A stretch of 64,000 nucleotides of DNA, taken from Octopus sinensis (Eukaryota). The notes beneath the pieces were generated by a model. The model made no database searches and was not told the origin of the DNA. It saw only the letters and a list, made by a program, of their open reading frames with translations. This document shows, piece after piece, positions 25,700-38,894 of the stretch. The stretch covers positions 28,954,001-29,018,000 of the forward strand of contig NC_043004.1 of the NCBI RefSeq assembly GCF_006345805.1, written 5' to 3'. Position numbers and translations under genes: made by a program. Position 1 is the first letter of the stretch. Each line of letters begins with the position of its first letter.

Positions 25700-25963
25700 G
25701 TTTCTTTATTAGCCACACAGGGCTGCACACAGACGGGACAAATTACAAGGTAGAGCTTGTAAAGAGGGGGTTGGTTTTCGATCAAAAGGGATCGTAAATG
25801 GAAAGAAAGAGGAGAGCAAAAAAAAAAAGTGGGAAAAATAAAAATAAAAGAAAAAAGAAAAATCGATCAATAGGGATCGTTATCACAGAAATGTCAATAT
25901 AAAGTGTAAAGGGGAAGACAGGTGAGGTTTACCCGTGGAAAGAAAAGCCTACGGAAAAGACTA
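25700..25963 (-). mobile_element. Tx1 LINE 3' UTR fragment inside an (AGAT)n tract
   Basis: Nearly identical in stretches to 47890-48197. Ends CAGCCCTGTGTGGCTAATAAAGAAA. (AGAT)n on both sides. Confidence 0.8.
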
Positions 25964-25990
25964 CAGACAGATAGGCAGATAGATGGATAA

Positions 25991-26054
<64 letters not shown>

Positions 26055-26235
26055 ATAAATTTTAGACTGACAGGTATTTATATGTCAATATATGTATTGC
26101 ACTAGCCATGTAGTGGGCCTGCACTGCTTTCTACCATTGTAGATCTAATCTAACAGTAGTTCTGCCATGTGTTAATCTATTATTGTATATGTGCACTTTG
26201 TGTATAAATATGTGTCAATTTATGCGTGTTTATGT

Positions 26236-26245
26236 GGCTTCTATA

Positions 26246-26279
<34 letters not shown>

Positions 26280-26302
26280 TACTACTACTACTACTACTAC
26301 TG

Positions 26303-26337
<35 letters not shown>

Positions 26338-26340
26338 ACT
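26236..26340. repeat. Compound (ACT)n/(GCT)n microsatellite
   Basis: Visible directly. Confidence 0.9.
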
Positions 26341-27032
26341 AGTTATTTTCCTCATAACGCCTTCTGTTGAGTGACTCTTCAAGCGACACCTGTTTGCAGT
26401 TGTAAACTTTTCGTACTGCAGAATCTTTTAAACTCATTGTCAACGTTCCAAGTTGTCTTACTGACGTAATAACGTCAATTGATTTAATAGTTTTGTGTGT
26501 GTGTGTGTGTGTGTGTTTTATTCACTCATAAGTCAAACACAAATGATTCTCTTTTGCATTGATATCCTTTTTTTCTTGTACATTTAGTCCTCAGCTCATA
26601 CTCTAAACCTCATCCTATATATAAGAGAACACTTGTTTATTTCTCCGCACACTATTTGAAGAAAATAAGTTTTTACAAGTGTGCAATTGCTTCTAAAATT
26701 AGTGTTTTTACCAGGAGACAAGAGTTATATCGTAATTTACAGTGCTAAAGGCATCTTTCTCTAGTTTGACCTACATTTCTTTTGTCCTAATCATATACAT
26801 TCAATCCAACATACATGCTTATATTTTGCAACCAGTTTCACTTGTTATTTTGTTAATTTACATTCGTTTATATAGCTACAGCTCTGTTGTGCGATAATGT
26901 CAAATGGTTCATCCGGGACAACAACGATAAAATGTAATACTTTTTCTAAATTAATCATTTTAAAATTAAGATTTGGTTTTAGTATCAAATTTATGTTCAT
27001 GTTAGTATTTCATGGTATACATATGCACGTAC

Positions 27033-27128
<96 letters not shown>

Positions 27129-27149
27129 ATCTATCTATCTTTTTTTCTC

Positions 27150-27218
27150 CCTAAAAAGAAAAACTCTACTTTGTAATTTGTCCCCTCTGTGTTCAGCCCT
27201 GTGTGGCTAATAAAGAAA
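27150..27218 (+). mobile_element. Very short Tx1 3' end following (TCTA)n
   Basis: CTCTACTTTGTAATTTGTCCCCTCTGTGTTCAGCCCTGTGTGGCTAATAAAGAAA. Confidence 0.75.
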
Positions 27219-27246
27219 CATATTTCTCCTCTCTCTCTCTCTTTCT

Positions 27247-27317
<71 letters not shown>

Positions 27318-27425
27318 GTCTGTCTGTCAGCCTGTCTGTCTGTCTGTCTTGTGTTTGCTTTAAAAACTATTTATCTAGTTCGTTAGATAGATTAGATAAG
27401 TAGATACTTAGACACATTCCTACTT

Positions 27426-27471
<46 letters not shown>

Positions 27472-27492
27472 GATCTATATATCTATCTGTCC

Positions 27493-27546
<54 letters not shown>

Positions 27547-27979
27547 ATATATATATCTATGTATATATATCTATGTACCTATCTATTTATCTGTCTGTTA
27601 GTCTGCCTATCTGTCTATTAATCGATCTTTCAAACTACTTACCTAGCTACATACTCACCTATTTATCTAATCATTTTCATCCCTTCTACGTACCTACCAA
27701 CATGCATTCATGCATACATGTTCGCCTACCTGATCATAAGCCTATCTACTTATCAGTGTTCCTACCTGGCTACATCCACCTATCTACCTTTCTGCCAAGC
27801 TACGTAACATACGTACCTATCTTCCTGCTTACTGATCATCCTACAGACATGCATGCACTCATACATACATACATACATACATACATACATACATACATAC
27901 ATACATACATACATACATACATACATACATACATACATACATACATGCATGCATACATACATGCATACATACATACGAA

Positions 27980-28499
27980 GCGATTCGATGATTTGGTATG
28001 CAGAACCATGATTAATTTGCAAAGAACATGCCACCTCGTAGATGGTCACTCGTCAGTTTGTCAGAGCCGTTTTTTGAGCTTGTTGGATCTTCTCGTCAGT
28101 GGTAGAGGTTGTTGGGCGTCCTGCTCTCTCTTCGTGTTACACGCTAGTCGAGCCATATTAAAACTTCTCGTTCCACTCATACACACTTCTATGCGATAAA
28201 GTGTTGTCCTCGTATTGTACTGAAAGCTTACGATGAATTTCAACCCTTGATTACTCCTTAAGACTAGAGAAATGGGATCACTGATCTCTGTTCTTCCTTG
28301 GTGCATACTGCCAGCGGATCGGCCATCTTTACTCGGTAACACAAGAAACACAAGAAAGAAAACTGGAGCGGTCGAGGTCAAACCTTGGTTAGGTAACCAC
28401 AAGAGCATCACTTTTTAGCGCGCGAGTACTGAAGAAAGTGCAGTCATCCTACAGAAAGGTTTGGTCAAAGTGCGGATAACTCTTGACTTCCCCTAGTAG
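27980..28499 (-). mobile_element. mariner element 5' part (TIR plus N-terminal HTH), truncated
   Basis: Minus-strand [51 protein letters not shown]. Terminus TACTAGGGGAAGTCAAGAGTTATCCGCAC. Confidence 0.85.
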
Positions 28500-28518
28500 A
28501 TAGATAAAAAGATAGATT

Positions 28519-28591
<73 letters not shown>

Positions 28592-29110
28592 CTGGGTAAT
28601 TGAAAAGTCCATTTAGTGGGTACTTTCATATTATATGATTCATTTATGAACAAATGCACTAATAAAAAAATGGTATATTTTTGAATAAGCAGTTCATGAT
28701 ATTTTGTTTAGTATAGAATTCAGAATGCCTGTTATGGTGCTCAGTAGTAGATAGGCTTGGTATAGTTTTTCAACTGCTAAATTCGACTCTACCAAGAACG
28801 TTGTACTTTGAATTTTCATAATTTCTCGGATCCTTCGCTTTAATTGGACAGTGTCTGTGGCTGGAATTTTATCAAAAAAAGTCATTCAAAAATGAATGAT
28901 CAGGGCTTGTAGTGACCAAAAATTCTGTCCATCTCTACTTCGACGATGTCTTGGATATAATGTATCAATGAGTTGCTGTGCATTCAAACTAGTATGTGGA
29001 GGTGCACTGTCTTGTAGAATATAGTACTTAGAATATTCTTATCCTTGTCATGTTTGGTAACAAAACACTTTTCAGGAACTTCAAGAAGATGTCCTTTGTT
29101 ATAATGACGG
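28592..29110 (-). mobile_element. Tc1/mariner transposase C-terminal relic
   Basis: Minus-strand YYILQDSAPPH (QDGAPPH-like) and TVQLKRRIRE..GILNSIL. TIR-like CTGGGTAATTGAAAAGTCC at the left end. Confidence 0.65.
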
Positions 29111-29814
29111 CAAAAGAATACGTACCAAAAATTGCGAGTGTAGCCGATTCAAACTTTAACTTACGGTAATTGAAAGACATATCAAGTTTTTCGTAAGGGT
29201 TTTCATTATTCCATACTCGACATTTAAACTAACTGAGAGTGCCCCGAATTTGAACAAACCTTTGATTGTTAAATAAAATTTTCTAAGGTACTATATAGTA
29301 TGCTGCAACATATCCCACTGAAGAGTTCACACATCACCAGTCTTTTACATTTATCATCGTCACATAAAAAATATTTAACGCCACTAGATTTTAGAATTTC
29401 AGGAAAGAAGGAGTATCTTTATAGCTTACCATCTCGAACTACATAGATTTTATTCAAAATGAATAGTAACAGATAGATGTATTTTACTGAAATTGTTTGA
29501 CCTTCCAAACGTTGGTAGATTTTTCAACTGAGTATGCCGATTATATCGGCTTTACATAGCGAATGGGGACATGGTTAGCAGGGTTCCGATATATTTCTGG
29601 CTTCCTCATCATTTTGACTTGTACAATTGATTAGCTATATTGTGCCGTTTTTAGCACTGTGAACATTCTCTCATCATTTGACGATAAAATGCTTCCAGTA
29701 CACACACACACACACACACTCACACACACACACGCACGCACGCACGCATGTACGCACGCATACACGCACGCGCACACACACAGAGACACACACACACACA
29801 CATACATATGTATT

Positions 29815-30005
29815 CTTCTATTCTTTTACTTGTTCCAGTCATTAGACTGCAACCATGCAGGGGCATCGCTTGAAGAATTTTAATCGAATGAATCGCCTCT
29901 CGTACATTTATTATTTTTTAACGCCTAGTACTTATTCTATCGGTAAACATACTAACACCGATTGTTGAGTGGTGGTGGTGGGGGTAAAAGCACAAACAGA
30001 CAGAC
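29815..30005 (-). mobile_element. SINE family B tail, diverged
   Basis: Reverse complement of the tail. Confidence 0.75.
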
Positions 30006-31329
30006 AGAGACACACACATGCTCCCTTTTCTCTCTCTCTCTCGCTCACACACACACACACACACATTATTTATTGTTAAATATAGGTAAACAGTGTAACA
30101 TACAGTACAATAATTGTTTAATTGATAGAAACAGTCAGTTACTGATTGAACCGTGATTCGAGTTACAAATTTTCAGATTATCATTATGCTAAAATGGAGT
30201 CACAGAAGAGACATTCATCCATAATTGCATATAAGTTGCAAGTAGTAGGTTTGCCAAATAAAATAGCAGCGGAGCTGTTGCAAGGCATTTTAAACTACAT
30301 CCAATTCAGAAAAATGGTGCGTGATTAATGGAAACATACAGTAGTGAAATGAAAGCACCACCTTCACACACTCGCTTGTACGCACACACGTTCGCACGCA
30401 GCACGTACGTAGGCACGCACGCGGGCACGCGGGCACGCAGGCAGGCAGGCACGTACACACACACGCACACGCATGCATGCACGTACGCATGCATGCACGT
30501 ACGCATGCATGCACGTACGCATGCATGCACGCACGCATGTACGCACGCGCGCGCGCACACACACACACACAACTAAATGGGTGAAATGGAAGGGAAGATG
30601 AAAGGTTGGATTGTTAACCAAAGAAACCGCTGTGTGATACTAATGATTAAACCAAAATTTTCTAAGCTAAAATAGAATAAGTAAAAAAGACTAGGATGAT
30701 TTTTGTGGAAGTGATTGGTAGTTTTACAGATCTGAGAACACAAATGGATTGGCAGTACAAACAAAATAAATAAATAAATAAATAAAAATAACAGTGGAAT
30801 ATGAGAACAAAATGTTTGAGTTACTCAGATACATTATAAACATCAGAAAAGAAAGTTGTACTGGTTAGAGCAAATTAAAAATGTTAGTAATATCTAAGAG
30901 GAAAACTACCCAAAGAATCTATTCCAGTAGATAATTTTGACTATGTTCACTCTAAGGGTTTGATAGAAGAAGATGATCTGTGACTAGAAAAGTTGCGGCC
31001 AGGACGTCTTAAAAATCCGCCTCTTCTGTGACACCAATTCAGAGCTCACTTAACAAAAGTCACAATGTTTAGACTGAAAAAGCTTCTTCCTCAAATTCAT
31101 ACCCTAAACTAATGTTTGTTTTATCAAAGGAATTATCATGCTAACTACAATCGCTGTCTCTATAAACAAGACCGCCAAAGGTTACATATGCCCTAAAACG
31201 AGCGATGAAAATTGAAGTATTATGGTTTAGCAAAGAAATAGCTATAGATTAAATAGATTAAAGATGTACTTAGGAAAAGCATCGCAATCGACCTACTGGT
31301 AACAAAATTGATCCTTGACCAATTGTTCA

Positions 31330-32990
31330 TCGCAAAACGCGAAGACACGAAGTGACGAGAGCTGTCCGATGGGCCCGTGCGGCTGAGGCACATCAAAGCT
31401 ACAATTCAGTGTGACAACAAAGTCACAATTCGATCTTTCACGGACCATGATGGGTATATATTACATAAACATGAGCAGATGACAAATGATTCATACAACA
31501 AGGATTACGTTGATAACTTTTGATCCATAACTCTGCAAAACGCTGATTTCAAAATTTAAACCTAGGTGTTAGCAAAAAGGTTGGCGCCTGTCAATGGTCT
31601 GACTGGTGATGCACAAACATGCGTCATCCTAAACAGGTCAATCTACGATAAGTCCACCTCATGCGATACATAATAGAGATGGTGGATAAAGAACTTGACA
31701 TAGAGGGTGCTCTGATTAATTTAGGTCAATCAAAAGCGTTCAGTAGGCTCGATCGCCAATATTAGACAGCTGTTCTCAAGGAGGCAGATTTCGATATCGT
31801 GTTCAATCTCACTCCAAAAATGGGCCGAGAGGAAGCTATCCCTGAAAGTTCTGGCAAAGCTGGCGAACGCTTATATCACCTCTATTGTGCCTTTGTCTTG
31901 CCCTAGTTCACGTCTGACTGAACTAGAGCGTCTGCTCTTCCGCTTTTTGTGGAAGGGACGCGTTCAATTCATTAGGTGTTCTATTTGTTGTGAATTCACG
32001 ATGAGCGGAGAAATAAGTATGCCGTAGCTGAAGAAGTGCAAGCATGTGCTGAAACGGCAACATCTCCAGCAATTCCGTGACGGTGATGTGGTCGCCGTTT
32101 GTCAGATTCACTTTACCACAGCTTGTCTCTTTGACAGAACTTCAGCCCTAGCTCAGGCACACACCAAAATAAAGAGCTTGGTTTCTGAAATGTCGTCAAG
32201 CGCTCACGGCTCTCTACCAGTCGGATGGAGCTGTCAGCAGAATTTCCACCAAGGTAGCCTACAGAAGATTAGTGCGGGCAAGAGCGATGACATTCTTGAA
32301 TAAATTTAAGCATCGACGAAAATCGGTTGGCAAGTATGTTCCAAAGACAATGGGAACAATGGATAATTTTTAGAAATCCTTGGCTTAGCAGTGCAACCGG
32401 GGGTGGGCATTGCCAGTCCAAGATGAACCTTGTAGATGTGCAAGTGCTGTCAGCCGGCCTACGCTAAATGAACGCAGAGTGATGAAACTGTTTTGCACGC
32501 AATCATCCAGTCCTCGATCATTCATGACTTGTGGGTTATGTCGAACAGTTGCTGTCACGCATAAGGTGGATCTGGTTATTGGCAGAGTCCATATCCCGCC
32601 GCCATATTTTGACCGTGAAGGACAGGCAGTATTTATCTGTTCGGTGGTATTATCGAAAGTGGCTGTGATGGACCAAATTGAAAGGGTGAAGACAGCTGCC
32701 TTATGACTCGTGTAAATGGGCCTACTCTGAACGTCCGCAGAACGTTGAGAAGGAGAGAGGCGCCTGCTGGGGTTCACCTGGCGATCGGGGTAAACAGGAT
32801 GTGTAGGGTTCCTCGGTTGTCCCAGCTAAGAACTCCCTCACACCACTTTTGGGGAATTTTATTGTTTAATTGTATTAATTGTCATTGTTATTTTAGTGTT
32901 TACTCCATTTTTGTGTTAAACCCCACATGTCCCCAGATTTTTATTGTTCCTATTTGTTTTGTGTTCAGCCCGAGTGCCCAATAAAGAAAC
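31330..32990 (+). mobile_element. L1-Tx1 clade LINE relic including ORF2 C-terminus and 3' end
   Basis: PITLQNADFKI, GALINLGQSKAFSRLD, LERLLFRFLWKGRV and DETVLHAII (zinc-finger region). Terminus TGTGTTCAGCCCGAGTGCCCAATAAAGAAA plus (ATT)n. Internal deletions. Confidence 0.85.
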
Positions 32991-33174
32991 GATTATTATT
33001 ATTGTTGTTTTTACTGCTGTTGTTGTTGGTGTTGTCGTTGCTGCTGCTGTTGTTGCTGTTATTTGTGTCGTTGCTGTTGTAATGATAGGTGGCATCCTGA
33101 AAATATAACTTATAATTGTGTTTATTGTTATTGTCCTTTTCTATTTCTTTTTATTAGTATATATATATATATAT

Positions 33175-33349
33175 AACAATTGCAACGTGGAAGGTGTTTA
33201 TAAGCCATTTAAGAAACACAAAAGCCGTTCGATTCACTTCAACATTTAAGTTTAATTTGTCTGACAAATTAAACTTAAATGTTGAAGTGAATCGAACGGC
33301 TTTTGTGTTTCTTAAAGGGCTTATAAACACCTTCCACGCTGCAATTGTT
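33175..33349. repeat. Near-perfect 175-bp palindrome (87-bp arms, 1-nt centre at 33262), probably part of a small DNA element extending to ~33400
   Basis: Arms pair at 85 of 87 positions. Starts right after (TA)n. Confidence 0.92.
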
Positions 33350-33406
33350 TTCGTTTCAGCACACGATCTCAGATCAAATTACTTGCTATGCGAGTACATC
33401 TCCGTA

Positions 33407-33437
<31 letters not shown>

Positions 33438-33463
33438 ATATATATAAATAGACAAATAAATAA

Positions 33464-33522
<59 letters not shown>

Positions 33523-33547
33523 ATAGACAAATACATACATATATATA

Positions 33548-33580
<33 letters not shown>

Positions 33581-35264
33581 AATGAATAAACACAAATACA
33601 AGCAAATAAGGGCAAAGCCGCCAACTTTGTTGGATCAGTTCCATCCGCCACCCACTCCTTGTACTGAATTTTGTTCCACCTAAAAGTACTCGAGATCAAT
33701 TTTTGGGTCAAGCGGGCCGTGCTCTACGTTCGCAGAGGAATTTTCTTTCAAATGTTCAACTAACAGGAGCTTTTCTTTTCGGGGTGTCAGTGCTGGCTCA
33801 ATATTTCGGACCGACAAACATATTAACTGGGTTGGTATTCATCAGTTTATACATTAAATTGGTCGAGTAATCGTTGCTCTTTTGGATAATTGTAAATTAA
33901 AATATTTCGTCAAAGAGATGGTATTCTTTTCTTGGATCTTGCATGCTTTCTGCTTGTGCGCTTTTGTTTATTTTTAACTTGATGTTGGACCGCCAACGCC
34001 AGCTTCCCACTCATCTCAAGTTTCTATTTCATCCTTACTGTCACTTGACGATAGGTCAGTCCTATTGAAAATTACTGGAGTTTCTTAGTCCGACGTTTGC
34101 AGAGTTACGATGTCCTGGGAACAGAGGCTCTTGTGGCCTACTGTTTTTATTGTCTGTACTACTTCTTTTCTCTTTGCTTTTGTAGTTTTTCTGAGCTGAA
34201 CAATCCTTAAATTACTCTTTCGTCCTCTTAATGCTTGGCACCATCAATCGTAGAACCCTTCTTAGCGCACTTGGTACGGGATACAACACCGGAGTTACTC
34301 GGTGCTGTTCGAGATCATCAGGACTTGCATTCAATAGAGACCATACCCCGACCAAATATCATTAAACACCACACCGGTGCTCAGTACGAGCCTATATTGT
34401 GCCACAACAGTTATGCTGAACCACAGGGTCTCCTAAACCTAACCGTAACACTTATCCAACATCTTATCCACTGTTTTTCTCTTATTTCTTTGTCACCTGC
34501 ATCAGGGCACTAGTCTTACTAGTCTATAAGAAACGTGACACACTAGCTTAGCTTTCCTCCTCAATCATTAACACGCGATATATTGATCCATACAACTTAT
34601 CTTACTGGATTAGCGAAAATCTGGTTCAACATATCGGACTGAGTCGCCTGTATTATATTTGAAGTGCAAAAAATAAGTCACCTTCCATCTTTTTGCGATT
34701 GTGTTATGGATTCAAATAAAATACAAATCTCAATGGAATTTTTCATATCAGTGTCATCTATAGAACTGTCATTATTTGGTCTTTCGCAGTGTGGGTTTTT
34801 CTATGGTTTTATCGATAGCTTTCTTTCTGACAGAAAGGGTTTTTGTGGGCACTTCATTGATAAGATAACAGACTGTTACAGAAGATTCTGACAATTAGTT
34901 GAATTGTTCACGTTATTGATCAAAGAATTAATTACTTCATTAGTTAATTAGTTTAGTACTTGGCTGATAATAATAATAAGAAATTAAATATAACGTTTAC
35001 ATTGGCAAAATGACCTTCTCAAAGAATATTATATTTACATACATACATATGTATGTTTGTATGTATGTATGTATGTATGTATGTATGTATGTATGTATGT
35101 ATGTATGTATGTATGTATGTATGTATGTAGGTATGTGAGTGTATGTATGTATGTGAGTGTATGTATGTATGATGTATGTATGTATGTTTGTTTGTATGTA
35201 TGTATGTATGTATGTATTTTTGTTTGTATGTATGTATGCGTATATATATATGTATATATATATA

Positions 35265-35310
<46 letters not shown>

Positions 35311-35511
35311 CTAAGATCTGTTGGATGTGAAGTTGGGGTATACCCATAGAAGCACTCACCCCGAATACTGGGCTATCAGCACTGTCAGGATCCAAGCCAA
35401 AGCCGGAATACTTCTGGTGTAGAAAATCCAAAGACGAGTATACTGTCATACGGTTTAAATAAATAATCCAACGAAGAGAAAATAAGCCAATGAAAAGAAG
35501 ACAAAGAATAT

Positions 35512-35589
<78 letters not shown>

Positions 35590-35622
35590 TGTGTGTGTGC
35601 GTGTGTGTATATATATATATAT

Positions 35623-36635
35623 AGTTGGAATTTACAGAAAAACAAAAGACGAAGACAGGTGTATAAACAACAAACAGGTGTATTAGTTTAACACTCGGGA
35701 AAGTGAGAAAGTCTTTTACGTTTCGAGCCTACGCTCTTCAACAGAAAGGAACACGAGAAAATAAACAGAGAGAGAATAAAAAATAAGCTTTAGGGGCTAT
35801 CGGTCAATCATGGCGGGTTTAGGGTGAGGATGTGGGAGTGGAATGTGTGGGTAGGGGTGGGGTATGTGGGATTGGGATATATGAGGGTGGGGTGGTGTGG
35901 TGGTGTTCGGATGTGTTGGGATGGTGTGTTGGGGTGGAGTGTGGATAGAAGGAATAACGATGAAAGAAGATGGATAAGAGTGCAGAGAGGAAGTAAGGTG
36001 AGATGAAGAGAGGAGAGAGGAGCGGAGTCAGATGAAGCGGGGAGTTGAGCCTATGCGGCGCAAAAGAGCGAAGAGAGAAGATTAATTCCAGTTCACGGCG
36101 ATGGAGGGAGTCTGGATGGCCCCTGTGCAAAGACAATTCAAATACAGACAGGTGCTGTAATGAATGACTGGTAGAGCGGAAATGGCGCGAGACTGGGGTG
36201 TCGTTGACGAGTCTAATGTCTCGGAGGTGTTCCGCGAACCGGTCAGTACAAAGAAGGATAGAAAGAGCAGGAGATGTTGTAAATGACGTTGTTAGAAGTA
36301 CATGTAAAGGAGTCAGTGATATGATAGGGATGATGATGGGTGCCTGTGAGGATGGTAGTGTTGGAGAGGTAGGAGCAAATGCAGCAGCGTGGGTGGGAGC
36401 AGGGGAACGAGCCAGGTTGGGAGGTGGGGGTTAGGTAAGAAACTGTGAACCAGGAGGCCACGTAGGTTGTGGGCTCGTTTGAAGGAGGGGAGGGGAAGGT
36501 TGGGGAAGATGTGCGAAGTGGGAGGGGGTCGGACTGGAGTCGCCGGAAGGCTCGGAGAATGGTCCGTTGAAGAGGTAGGGTGGAAGGGTGGTAGGTGAGG
36601 GGAAACGGGCGACAGGTAACGGCACACACGTACAT
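35623..36635 (-). mobile_element. Penelope-like element 3' part: GIY-YIG ORF plus 3' region containing a hammerhead
   Basis: Minus-strand PFPLTYHP..SFKRAHNLRGLLVH..FPCSHPRCCIC..SFTCTSNNVIYNISC..HRRELELIFSL..PHRLN (frameshifted), then a pyrimidine-rich UTR and the hammerhead unit ending at (TA)n. Confidence 0.88.
35712..35748 (-). ncRNA. Minimal type I hammerhead-ribozyme motif (A6U core variant)
   Basis: CCUUU-CUGUUGA-A-GAGC(GUAG)GCUC-GAAAC-GUA-AAAG. Stem II is GAGC/GCUC and helix I is CUUU/AAAG. Confidence 0.65.
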
Positions 36636-36752
36636 TATATGTACACACAAACATACGCGCGCACACACACACATACTATAGTAATATGTATTGCGTAATC
36701 TCTCAGCTTAAAGTTAAATTGTTTTATTTATTACCTTTCATAAAAACAAAAG

Positions 36753-36791
<39 letters not shown>

Positions 36792-36979
36792 TCACACTCA
36801 TGCATAAACTCACAGACACACAAATATACATGCTCATACACAAATTAAAAAAGCTACACATCTATCACCGCGGTTACAAAAACAATAACATGAATTCAAA
36901 TATTCTTTGACAACATGCTAACCACATTTGAAGAATCCAAAAATTGACAGTAACAGAAGTTTCATTATACACAAAGAAA

Positions 36980-38700
36980 CATGAATTATAACCCGCCAAA
37001 TGACTTCATACGATACCAGCAACAATTTAGATCTAAGAACAAACCCAGCCACGAGGAAACTTCAATAACAGAGAAAATACCAACAAATACAGACATAGCA
37101 ACTGAAAGGCAAACCCAAAAGATAATTTTTTTCTGGCTCAGTCAACAAAATCCGCAATACCAGGTGATAAAAGCAGACTGTGAGAAGCAGATAGTAATCA
37201 AACTTTCATACAAAGAATATCAATGCAACAAATCTAAGTCTTCTCAAGGGTTTAAAGTTCTCTTCAGTACCCCAGGATCCCCAATTTCCACGAGATATTG
37301 GACGATATCTCGCACTTCTGTTGAAAATTACGCCTTACAGAATAATTATTTAACAAAGAAAACAATGATGAATCAATTGCACAGAATAAACGCTGTTACA
37401 ACCCAGCAAAAGGCAGGAACAAAGCATTAAATAAATTTTCTGATTTTATATCTACTTTCCCATGTCATGAAGTACCACTCCCCAAACTCAAATCCAACAC
37501 CAAATGAAAGGAATTGGAAGTTATTAAAAAAACTCCTCATTATCCCTATTATAAAACATTAATTATTATGAAAAATTAAACGATTACCAATTATCATAAA
37601 TCATGAAAAATCTTAGCACATTCATTCTTCTACACCGGAAAGGTTTAATAGACAAGGAGTATGACTACCTTGCAAACCTTGAAGGCAAAAACAGCAATTT
37701 ATGCGGACTCCTCAAAATTCATAAGACAGTATATGATGGTTGAAGAGAGAGAAAATTTTAACATTTATCAATATACCAGAACCATATGATTTTAAATTAA
37801 AACCAATTGAAACGGACCCAAATTGAGAGGCGCCCTGATTCAGCAACTGTGTAGAGCTACTGCTGAAACCCTTTCTGAAGCATATACTTAACTACCTTCC
37901 AAAAAATATTTTAAAAAGTTGACAAAACAACATTATTTTATATCATTTGATGTGGCAAATATGAAATATACAACTATACCATATGGTTAAGGACAAGAGT
38001 TCTGGCTTTATAAATTCCCAATGATATCCCAGACCGAATAGAGAAAAACCCTAATTACTGACAGAACACATTTTATTTCACAGAATATATTTTTTCAATT
38101 CAATGGCTGTATTTACAAACATATATCTGGGAATGTGATGGGAATGAAGGATGCCTACTTATGTTAATATAATCATGACATCGGCTGAGGTCGACTTTGC
38201 CTTTCATCCTTTCGGGGTCGATACCTGTTGCGTACTGGGGTCGATCTAATCGGCTGGCCCCCACCCCCAAAATTTCAGGCATTGTGGCTTGAGTAGAAAA
38301 GAATATAATCATAGCATACCTAGAGATACTGATGTATCAACAATCTAAACAAATATTTAGCATCAACTTCCACAAATACCTATTACTTAGATAGATGACT
38401 GTCTTATTTTGTGGACTTATGGTCTTGACCAATTTAATGATTTCAAAGTACTAATTAATAATTTTAACAATAATATACATTTCACGATTGAATACAGTTA
38501 TTATCAACAACTATTCCTGGATATGTTTATTATGAAAAAGACACAAACATCGAAACTAATGTTCGGTACAATCGAACAGATTCGAAACAATACTTATTAT
38601 ATGCCTCACGCAATCAAAACACCCCGAAACAAATATACTATTAAATTCAGGAGAAGAATGTTTCGAATTTAGAAAAGGGGAATAACTAATTCTAAGAACT
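36980..38700 (+). mobile_element. Penelope-like reverse transcriptase relic, interrupted by a SINE
   Basis: LCGLLKIHK, FDVAN..YTTIP and NNNIHFTIEYS..LFLDMFI are degenerate PLE RT motifs. Heavily decayed. The 5' boundary is uncertain. Confidence 0.7.
38185..38307 (+). mobile_element. SINE family A 3' half with tail type 3
   Basis: GAGGTCGACTTTGCCTTTCATCCTTTCGGGGTCGAT..TTTCAGGCATTGTGGCTTGAGTAGAAAAGA. Confidence 0.8.
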
Positions 38701-38854
38701 AAAAGAAATACAATGTTAAATTAATTGTCAAGCATAGAATTACGCAGAACAAAAATTATTCCCAGTTAGTACATCAAATACTCTCCTTTCTTTATACTAT
38801 TCTCGCATGTAAAAGTTTATTCCACTCTCATCTCTTTCTCCACAAGTGTGTGTA

Positions 38855-38894
<40 letters not shown>

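Noticed and set aside
33800-33850. Minus-strand CUGAUGA..CGAAAUAUU hammerhead-like motif
   Set aside because: Stem II is imperfect and there is no helix I pairing.
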